Of a stretch of DNA of 64,000 nt, positions 40,176 through 49,580 are shown in pieces. Numbering within the stretch: the stretch's first letter is position 1; every line of letters starts with the position of its first letter. The DNA is from Podospora anserina (taxonomy: Eukaryota). A model generated the notes under the pieces. It worked only from the letters and a program-made list of their open reading frames with translations, had not been told where the DNA came from and made no database searches. The stretch covers positions 1 through 64,000 of the forward strand of contig CM030336.1 in NCBI GenBank assembly GCA_017654855.1, read 5' to 3'. The position numbers were made by a program, and so were the translations under genes.

Positions 40176-40991
40176 CTACTTCCACGCCAAAAGCTCTCCA
40201 TTCATAACCCCAAACCACGATCCCTTCTTCTCCTTCCATTCATGACAAGCTTTGACAAAGTCATCAACTTCCTTGGGTGTTGCATGGCCTCCTCCGATAG
40301 TCCTTTCCCGAAGCTGGCTTCCCTCCCTGAATCTTTCCGCACAACTGTCGCCAAAGAATTGGACTTCCTCCTCGTCCGAGAAGCACCATGAACTTGCCGT
40401 GCTCTTCACCTTATGCTGTTCAAACCCAGCTTCCAGTGCAGCGTTCTTCAAGCCCATCCCCATGTCCGGACTGCCTCCGGTCTCGAGAATCGTGCCCGTG
40501 ATCGCCTTCTCCCACACGTCGAGTCTCTTATCCACCTGAAACCACCTGGTTGTGCTCATGATCATCTCCTTGCATCCAACGACGCCTCCTGGCTTGAGCA
40601 CTCTTCGGACCTCTTTCAGTGCAACAGTGGCGTCGCAAGGCAGATGCATAATGACCATGTGTAAATGTACGACATCGAAACTATCGTCCTCAAACGGTAG
40701 GCGAGAGGTCACATCTCCGACCACAAAGTCGCCATTGCCAAGGGAGCGAGAAGTAAATGTGCTGCGTGCTGCATTGAGAGCTGACTCGGTGATTTCGACG
40801 CATGTCACCCTCCCTTGAGGCACGAGAGCAGCCAAGTCGGCAGATATGGTTCCTGGTCCGCACCCAATGTCGAGAATGTCGAAGTGGGACTTGATGTGAG
40901 GAATGAGATACGCTGCATCCCGCTGGGCGGTGCGCCGAGAGTGAGCGGTGAGAACGGCGGCTGAGTGGCCGTGAATGTATTTGTCTGCCAT
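40176..40991 (-). CDS. Class I SAM-dependent methyltransferase (UbiE/Methyltransf_11/31-like)
   Basis: ILDIGCGPG, LPFEDDSFDVV and RVLKPGG motifs. ATG at 40991. Confidence 0.92.
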   Translation of the reverse strand: MADKYIHGHSAAVLTAHSRRTAQRDAAYLIPHIKSHFDILDIGCGPGTISADLAALVPQGRVTCVEITESALNAARSTFTSRSLGNGDFVVGDVTSRLPFEDDSFDVVHLHMVIMHLPCDATVALKEVRRVLKPGGVVGCKEMIMSTTRWFQVDKRLDVWEKAITGTILETGGSPDMGMGLKNAALEAGFEQHKVKSTASSWCFSDEEEVQFFGDSCAERFREGSQLRERTIGGGHATPKEVDDFVKACHEWKEKKGSWFGVMNGELLAWK

Positions 40992-41137
40992 TTTGGATGG
41001 TTGATGGGAAGAATCGCCTGAATTCAAGCCGCGGCCGGCATGGAGATGGAGATCCGAAGAGGCCTACCCCACCCGGCGTCTAACTTTGCAAGTTTCTGAG
41101 TCAGCAAGGATGCTGAGTTGTTTCTACACTATTTCCA

Positions 41138-42415
41138 CTACAACGTCTTAAGCCACGTCATGATCGCCCTTGTCATGACCCCATCCTGATATCCCAAAGC
41201 AGCATCGAGCACCGCTTGGACGTGCGCTTCACCTTCACACTCAACCATGATCCTCTCCCAACTCCCCAGTTCCTCCGTCCAGTCTTTACTCTTTTCCTGT
41301 TTCGCAATCACGGTCTGGGTATTGGCGTAGGACTCCCCGCCAAAGAATCTACAGTCGTCCAAAAACACTTCTGCTGTCCCAACCGTGATGAACAGCTTCT
41401 TCACCAACCTGACCCCACCTTTTCCTTGAAACACAGCCTGCCACACCTTGTCTGCTCCCTCAACTCCGCACAGATTTGCCCAAACCTCCTTCTCATCCCC
41501 TTTCCAAGCCTCTCCAAACTCATCCACCTGTATTCTGGTCAGGTAATCTCGCTTTTCATTCATTTTGTAGCTTCCCATTGGGGAGTCCATCGACTCCTTA
41601 TGCAGTCTGACAAACGGACTAATCATCACCGCGGCCTGGAACTCTTCACCACTTTTCATCTGGAGCATTGGGGCATAAGGGCTGGGGTTCTGGATGTGGG
41701 ACAATACTGATCCAACCAGCGTACCACCTGCACTGTCGCCCGCTAAGATAATGTCCTCGGCAGAGATGCCGAGACCAGAGGAGGTGCACATAAGATAGGA
41801 AAGGGACGCCACGCATTGGATGAGCTGTGCTGGGTATGGGTGTTCCGGGGCTAGGCTGTATTCGAGAATGATGATTTGCTTTGCTCGAACTGAATGGCCA
41901 CATGCGAGGATAAAGGGCATGTGAGGGGATCGCAATGGATTCACGAAACCACCGCCGTGAAAGTAAAGAAGCGTCGGGGCTTTCCCAGACCTGGATTTGG
42001 CTTCAACATTGCCCAGTGTCAAAATATGCAACACTGCTGGCGGCAAAAGAGCAGGATGAAGCTCGGTCGATGAAGCTGGTAAAGTGACGATCTGGTGTGC
42101 GATCTTGTGCTTGCTGCAGTAGTCCTTGATTGTGGACCCCGTGGAAACACGACGGACCAGCCATCTGAGCAGAGGGGTGGGAAATATGCTTCTTTGCGTG
42201 CGCAGAAATGTCAGGGCGCAGTTTTGGCGCCAGTGAAGAGATTTCTGGTTAGAAAACAAGAATGCCAGCGACCATTTTGTTACTGCTGATGATTAGCTGC
42301 TGTCAACCCGCTACAACGCGAAAAACATACAGAAGAGGGGAAACAAGGCAACCAAGGAGATCCAGTCAAGGACCTCCGGACTGGCGTCTGGGCGCAACTT
42401 TTGTGTTGATGTCAT
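41138..42415 (-). CDS. Alpha/beta hydrolase, HSL/Say1-like esterase or deacetylase, 2 exons
   Basis: HGGG oxyanion motif, YSLAPEHPYPAQ, GDSAG nucleophile, E(V)FLDD and a C-terminal His. Intron 42283-42330 (GTATGT...GCTAAT...CAG) joins the ATG at 42415 in frame. Confidence 0.88.
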
Positions 42416-44091
42416 CTTTGACAAAATCACGAGAAATCGAGCCCCGAGGTGCCTAAAAACTATTATGCATCATTGGGCTTTATTAACTGTTGTCATTCAA
42501 CAGTTGAATGGGTTGAGGTCCGAAGGAACCGAACAAAGTCAGGCCTCGGCAACGGCGGAAGCCGCCTACCTATTTTTAGCTTAGCCTCGGATGACAATGG
42601 ACGCTAGCTCTGAACCCCTGAACCCTTTTTCCAACGTCTCAGACGGTGAGGATACCCGCATCAACACCCTTTAACTAGAACTACAAGTCTCCCCAGATCA
42701 TATTTCCAAAAGGTTGAAAACATACCATGAAAAGGGGACCATTTCATCTGGCATAGCTCACAATGCTGTGCAGCAGACCCACAAAATCGAGCCCAGAATC
42801 TCTTCAACAATGTCCCTCAGCTCCTTGACGTTGAACAGCTGGGCAATCCTCCCGGCACGATAACTAAAGAAAAGGAGGAAACCTACACGCGAACCATCCA
42901 AAATGCCTACTCGCTATACTCGCCTCAAAGCAAAGAAAGTATGAATGGTAAGAGCGTGTCCTCCTAAGGGTACCGATGTCCAGGGACCTATTTGCGAGAT
43001 ATACCGCAGCGACATTATTCGGGCTCGCCGAAATGGTTACACGGCTCTTCCTTTTCCGGCACTCAACCAATCAAGATCGTTTTCCAAGACAAATATTGCC
43101 TCCGATCCCATATTTAAACAAGCCCTGCATTGAACTTTGTGGCATTCAAGGTCACCAAAACTCTCCAAGAAGCTCTGAGAACACTTCATCAGTCAAGCTT
43201 TGACGGTCATCTATGGGTAGACATGTTCGTATCAATCGTTGAGCATTGTTACCAGGCTAGGTACTTTGACGCAGAGCATACCTATAAGGAGCCTCGTCAG
43301 TAGAGGTATGGCTTGAAAGTAATTCGAGACACAGTTGCAATATTTTGTTGCAGGACGACAACGTTTTAACCGATCAGCTTGTAGCCAATCTCGACCCAGA
43401 AACAAATTTCCTTAAACTAAAGAGTGAGAGTATAACCACATCGAGAAGACCAGAGCATCAGTGCTTTGTCACATTGCTTAGCGTATTGACGGTAATAAGC
43501 TGGCAGAGTTTGTCGCGAAGGTATCATGCGATCCGGTATACTGTCCGCTGGTATTGAACAGCGAAGGCCGAGAACAAGAGAACATATCTTACAATGCTCT
43601 GACAGGACAAGATTAGCCACGTTTTGGCACCATCATGCTTGACCTCGGATACTTGTTGCAGCAAAGCTTTGCTGCCAATACCGAACTGAAACCTACTGTC
43701 TCTGCGCTCCTACATCGGTGTGAAAGGTTGAGCAACATCGACTGGTTCCGACGGTTGGGTTAGTGTTTGGGAAACTGGATGGTGCCGACAATCAGCTTTT
43801 AGGAAACAGGTCATTACAGTTGTGAGATGGGCACGGTTATCTAATCCCCCGAGCCCCTGAGACCATAAGGTGTAGGCCAGCAACCCAGAAATTCGATATA
43901 TACCTAAGGTCTTGATCAATGAAACGAGTTTAGGTTTCTAGATTTCTATCAAATTCGACTACCATATTCCCTGTCCAATCAGTGTTACTTTCCAATCAAA
44001 ATGCCGGTAACTTGGTTGTCGTTGGGAATGAAGTCAAGAGTAGAAATGAGCTGGCCATTGGAGAACCACGCCATCTGTCAATTCTCTCCCA

Positions 44092-45645
44092 TTAGGGTGA
44101 AAGACGGGCAGCATCACGAGGAAATAACACCGTCTCGCGAATGTCTTCCAAGCCCAAGAAACCCTGTACAAGACGGTTGATGCCCACTGCAGATAAGTCA
44201 GCACGATTCCCATGTCACAAGGATCAACAAAAAACACTTACACCCGAAGCCTCCCCAAGGAGGCATGCCAATTTCGTGGGCCGTCATGTACGGCCTCCAT
44301 TCCGGCGTTTCCGGGTCAATCGGATGAGGTCGGTTGGCAAATGCGGCTGCTAGGTCTTCAGCGCTGTGGAGTAGTCGGCATCCAGTAACACATTCCTGTC
44401 CTCTGAGAATGACATCGAAAGATTGGGTTGTGTCATCCTGTTCATCAGAGGGATAGATATTGCAGGACCTCAAATGTTTCGGGAAGTGAGTGATGAAGAA
44501 AACATCGGTTGGAGGGCTGACGTGGGATTCTTCGCTGGCGAGGAATCTGCCGAGTGCTGCTTCTTCGCTCCTAGTGAAGTCTTTGTCATCGTCGGACTCG
44601 ATACCTATAAAGTCTCTCAGAATGGTTTTGGCTTCATTGAAACGGATGCGTGGGAGCTTTCCGCTCTTTCCAAGACCTAGCTTGAAAGTGCCAGCTAGGG
44701 GGTAGAGTCGTTTTGCGGTGTTGGTCAGCGTAGTGTATTTGTCCTGACTCTGCAAAGAGTGTAGAAGTGATACCAGTAGACTATCAGCAAAATCGAGGAT
44801 CTCTATCCAGCTATGCTGAAGATTGAATACAAGTTCCAGCATGGTGAACTGTGACCAAATCAGCATTTTTCAAACTAAGAAAAAGGGGGATTCTCTACCT
44901 CGGTGAGATGTCTGCCATCAGAAACAGGCTCCCTCCGAAAAACTGTGTGAAAGTCGTAGACGCGCTCCAGGTCGGCTGAAAGTGCCATTCCAAGGTGTAT
45001 CTCTCCTGTTGGCGCCAATCTGGCTGTCCTGCCGAAGTATGGAACTGTAAACAAGTCGTCCTCCTCTCCTGGGAATTCGTAGCCAACAAGTGCAGGGGTT
45101 GGGACGTGGTAAAAGTCATGGAGCTTGAGGTATTCTACCGCCAGCTCATGGACCCCCGAGAAAAGCTTGAAGATTGCTGCTGTTGCAGGAACACGAGCAT
45201 CCAGGAGTCTGTTGTCGAGTCTCTCTTCGATCAACTTCGTAGGAGATTGGATCGAAGCTAGAACCTCCCCTGAAGCTCCATGAAGGACATTGCTATGAGC
45301 ACCTGGAGTCTTGGCGGCCGACAGGTTGTGGATATCGCAGAGCTCGATTGGAGTGATGTCAGAGTCAGTGTCATGAGCCACCGATCGAGCGGTAACCCGA
45401 ACAAGTGACTCTGGCGTTAGAAAGCTGACGGTATCGAAGACATCATTGTCAAGGCCATTTTTTGATTCCACTGTAGCTTGAAGAAAATGCCCATTGACGC
45501 ATCTGAACAACACCGCAACTGAATTGCTGTCATCGGATAGAACTGGGCTGTTGTGAACGCGAACATCCAAAGACTTGATGTCGGTATCGCCGTTCGACAG
45601 GTGAGATGGGCCGGGTTGGGATGAAATCTGCCTAGCATTAAGCAT
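44092..45645 (-). CDS. Divergent class IIb aspartyl-tRNA-synthetase paralog, 3 exons, about 482 aa
   Basis: RLDNRLLDAR, motif 1 (FYHVPTPAL), motif 2 (FRREPVSDGRHLTEF) and motif 3 (GMPPWGGFGLGINRL...LFPRDAARLSP*). Introns 44849-44898 and 44187-44241 give a continuous frame. The start codon is the least certain part. Confidence 0.9.
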
Positions 45646-45997
45646 CGTGCACTGTTGTACGGTATTGAACAAGATTACTTTCCCTTGAGATCAGGTTGGG
45701 GGGTAATTTCAAGAGCAAATGCCATGTGTCACTAGATAATGAAGGAATTTATGGCAATAGCGGCGGGATGAACATGTCGGTCAAGAGGTTTGGCCAAGCA
45801 TGTTGAATCGGACTTGTGCACTGATGGTAGCACGAAGCTGAGCAAGACAGGTAGCGCTTGGTAAGAGTTTGCGGGGATTAGTCGTTCTGCGTGGATGCAA
45901 TCCTGCCTCATGGCACCCCAACCAGGTATAACACCCCAGAATGGTTGTCGATGAATGACCTTGCGTGCCTTGGGTTGTCCTCGCTTCATAATTTTCT

Positions 45998-46857
45998 ATG
46001 ACTTTCAAAATGGCCATTGATACACCCACTTCCTCAACCAAGACCCTCGAGCTTGAGGTTGTTAGATACGAGCAGCTCAGGAGCAACGACAACGCCGAGG
46101 TGAGGAAGCTAGCCCAGGCCTTGTCTGACCAGGGAATGCTGTTCTTGGACCTCCAGGGATCCACGGCAAAGCAACTCCTGAAAGACCTGCAAACCGTGAT
46201 ACAGCATCAGCGAGCCTTTTTTGAACAGCCGCAGGAGGAGAAGTCCAAATATCACACGGGCATTCGATACAACGGGTGGGTACAGGTCGAAATTCTTCTT
46301 TTCTACTCATCGCTAATCCAGGCCCTTTTCTCAGATTTTACACTTCCCCCATTGGTGTCGAAAAGATTCACCTTGGTCGCAAGGAGCAAATGGCAGGGGA
46401 CCGGTCTCAACTTCCCGAAGCACTTCAGCTGGTGGCAGACAAGGTCGAAAATGTCTCTTCGTTCATCGACAAGATACTCCGCGAGATTGGCATGACGTTG
46501 GCAAGCTCGATGGATGAACGATTCCCGGCCAGTTTGCAGGACGCCACCAGACCCGGCCAAAGTCATCTAACATTGGGTATCTCAAAGGCACGTGCCGGGA
46601 CACCTCTAATGGACGGCCACACCGATGACGGTTTCCTCACTCTCACGTTCTATGACGAGCCCTTTCTCGAAGTCTTGGATAGGTCTACAAACGAGTGGAA
46701 TTTGGTTGAGGTGAATCGCAACATGCCAATCCTGAATGTAGCTGCCCAGTCGGCAAAGAACTCGGGAGGTCGGCTGTACAACCCCTGGCATAGGGTGAAG
46801 ATGGGGGAGAACGAGATAAACTTGGTCATGTTTGATCTGTTTGAAGATTCGAATTAG
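45998..46857 (+). CDS. Fe(II)/2-oxoglutarate-oxygenase-fold protein (DIOX_N/IPNS-like), 2 exons
   Basis: DIOX_N-like N-terminus (FFEQPQEEKSKY), HTDDGFLTL and a distal WHRV. Intron 46276-46334 joins the two ORF-track frames. Confidence 0.85.
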
Positions 46858-47037
46858 TAGACTGCTAAGCTTGAGACGTTTCGTTTTTTGTCGTTGGACG
46901 GGATGGCAATGGGTTAGTAGCAATACATATCATACCTAGGTATCAAACACAAAAGCCACCTCATGTTTTTTGCGACAAAACTTTTACAACTATCGTTTAG
47001 GTACCCAGATACACCCAAAATTTCCATCTGCTTCTTT

Positions 47038-49218
47038 TCAACCCAAGACCAACAGTCGGTGGATTTCTGCCCGTCCAAGATCATACCCAGTGACAAACTC
47101 ACAGCATCGGAGCCCATCCCTCTTCAGCTCCGCCCAACATGTCTCAAAGCCAGTGGCCTTCCGTTGGATCATTTCTGACAGACAAAGCCTCTCCCTTCTT
47201 CCCAGCAACTCTCCATTGTCAGCCACCCATTGCTCCAAGTCAAGAAAAGCACGCGCCAGACCAAGCAAAAAGACGCTGTTGATCATCGGGTGCTGAGCCC
47301 ACCCTAAAAGGTCATGGGAAAACCTGCCGGAGTCATTGAGGTTCTCATCTTCTGGACGGCCAATTATGTCTCCTAAACAGGTCGGCTGTGGCAAACCCCT
47401 ATTCTTCATCATTTCGAGACCCAGGGCCACCAGGTCGGGGCTGTAGCCAGGCCAATGCTGCTCATCCATGCAGGCAATACCTGTGCCCACCGGCTTGTAG
47501 CCCTTTTCTGCTCGCAATATTTGCAAACAGTTGGACACCAGGGGTGTGATTGTCTGGTGAGGGGAGCTGATGATATTTTCCAGGAGTCCTGCGTGGGCAA
47601 ACCACAGTGGTAGTAGGGCGTCTATTTCAACTGCCGACTTGTGTATCTGGATTGGTGACTTTGGCTCAAAATCGTTCATCTCGCACAGCGACCAGGTCCT
47701 CGTGGCGGGAAAAGTCGGATGGCTGACCGCAGCATCATGACGCGAGGGGTCAAAGGTCTTTTCCAGGCTCTGATAGCCACCAACACGCCCCCAATAAGCC
47801 TCGCCCATATCCTTGCCATGTGGTCTGAGGGAGTCAATCCAGTTCCGAAGCAGTTCAGTCTCGACGTGAGTGAAAGCACCAAACATCCTCCCTTTCCAGC
47901 CCAGCTCCCGCATCAAAAGGCTCTTGCTGCTGTCACCTCTGCATACCCATGGCTTGGAGTCTGCCAAGGCGTCAAGGAACTCATCCTTCCAACCGTCATC
48001 ATCCTTGGGGCTCGAAGGAGGAGCAGAAAACCAAGATGACAATTTTCTCTTTCCAATCCGGGCGCGACTCGTACAATGAATCTTGGTGGCAATGGTGGCT
48101 TTCTTGCAGATGATGTCAACCAGCTTGTCCTCGTAATCATCCACGGTATCCCTGTCATCGAGACTCTGCCCGAGGCAATAGCCAGCCTGCACACGCCTCC
48201 ACGCTGTCTGCTGGTCCATGATGCCCGTGTTCTGAACAATCTCCATAAAGTGTGCAATGTTGCCAATCGCCATCGCGCAGTGACCCGAGTGCGCGTTGTC
48301 GATCGATATGTGCAAAGCATAGTAGTAGGGCGAGATCCCAAACTCGGGCAGCTCCTTGTTGGCTTTCAAGACCCCAATGGCAGGCTGCTCGTAGTGGAGA
48401 TTAAACCCCAGAATCTCAGGTAAAAACTCGTTAGGAAAGACGGAAATGAGGAGTTGTCCAATGGCATATCTCCAAATCGTCTCATCCTCCATGCCATGGC
48501 GTGGGTGTATGAAATCGAGCGAGTCGCCGTTGGGCAGGTCCACACCCACGCTCTGGAGAAGCTCCTTGTAGAGCAATATGTGGTTCTTTCCCAGATCCCC
48601 ATCACCAAGCTCTTCTGAAAAGATTTGCCAAGCATCCTTTGTCACGCCCCGAAAGGCGAAGGGGGTTGTGACCTGATGAATCCGTGCGAGCCATGCGCCA
48701 TCGGTGTAGTTCCACGGTGCGCTGTTCTTGAGAAACATGCAGGCTTCTTCGAAGCTTTTGAACAGCTCAGGTCCACCACCAAGCTCCCTTCGACGCATGT
48801 AGGCTTCGAATTCCAGACCCACATCGAGCTGGATGTCTTGGATGAAGCTTTGGAGACGGGAGGCATCAAAGGTCGCGATGTTGAGAATGCTGCGAGATCG
48901 GTCCTTGTACTTGGCCATCCGGAGTCCTTGTTCGAGTAACGAAAGCAACGTTTCTCGAACTTGGGGCAGGATTTCTGGGAACCGCTCCAGATTTTGAACT
49001 TTGTGGTAAAGATCTTTGAAGTGACGCATTCGTTGCTGCCGCTTCCTTTCTAGGCGTGGTGACTTGGGCTTTTCGTCGGTCAAGATCGCTATGTGGCCTG
49101 TTGTGGAAGCATTGGACCAAGTTGGGAACGAGAGTCGTGGTTTTCGCCATGGGAACGAGATGTAAAGAAAACAGCTAAGAGGGACAATTATCAAGAGTAA
49201 AGATTCCAAGTTGAACAT
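47038..49218 (-). CDS. Heme-oxygenase-like diiron oxidase (HDO, iron-containing redox enzyme family), 726 aa, with hydrophobic N-terminus
   Basis: DGAWL, EELGDGDLGKNH, LPEILGFNLHYE and HISIDNAHSGH give the E-H-E-H-D-H ligand pattern of HDOs. GRMFGAFT..E..LLRNWI segment follows. Single exon. Confidence 0.82.
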   Translation of the reverse strand: MFNLESLLLIIVPLSCFLYISFPWRKPRLSFPTWSNASTTGHIAILTDEKPKSPRLERKRQQRMRHFKDLYHKVQNLERFPEILPQVRETLLSLLEQGLRMAKYKDRSRSILNIATFDASRLQSFIQDIQLDVGLEFEAYMRRRELGGGPELFKSFEEACMFLKNSAPWNYTDGAWLARIHQVTTPFAFRGVTKDAWQIFSEELGDGDLGKNHILLYKELLQSVGVDLPNGDSLDFIHPRHGMEDETIWRYAIGQLLISVFPNEFLPEILGFNLHYEQPAIGVLKANKELPEFGISPYYYALHISIDNAHSGHCAMAIGNIAHFMEIVQNTGIMDQQTAWRRVQAGYCLGQSLDDRDTVDDYEDKLVDIICKKATIATKIHCTSRARIGKRKLSSWFSAPPSSPKDDDGWKDEFLDALADSKPWVCRGDSSKSLLMRELGWKGRMFGAFTHVETELLRNWIDSLRPHGKDMGEAYWGRVGGYQSLEKTFDPSRHDAAVSHPTFPATRTWSLCEMNDFEPKSPIQIHKSAVEIDALLPLWFAHAGLLENIISSPHQTITPLVSNCLQILRAEKGYKPVGTGIACMDEQHWPGYSPDLVALGLEMMKNRGLPQPTCLGDIIGRPEDENLNDSGRFSHDLLGWAQHPMINSVFLLGLARAFLDLEQWVADNGELLGRRERLCLSEMIQRKATGFETCWAELKRDGLRCCEFVTGYDLGRAEIHRLLVLG

Positions 49219-49580
49219 GATGGAGCAATTTTCTTGTGACTGAAAGCGAAGAGGTGTGTGCTTCCATTACGAAAAAGGAGATCGGTCTCTGTGGGCATTC
49301 TATATCTAGTATTCAGGGCTTCATAAGCTCCTGTCTTTCATCCCGCGTCCCGCACTGAGTCATGTCAGCAAATCTTGTTGGGAGAGTGATGGATATGACC
49401 CTACAACGTATGGAATCATGGGTCATGGTCGGGTTCCGCAGTAAACAAGGTGCAAGTAAATGGAGACTGTTGATCCGAGAATGAAAACTGCTAAGGTCGA
49501 TTAGCTGCCATACAAAGCGATCACGAAATAGGTAGCACGGACCGTCAATACGACTCAAGGTTTCTTGGTAATCATTTCAA

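Noticed and set aside
44092-45645. Housekeeping DPS1 or a simple self-resistance AspRS
   Set aside because: The aspartate-binding and anticodon residues are substituted, so no gene symbol was assigned. Resistance is disfavoured but not experimentally excluded.
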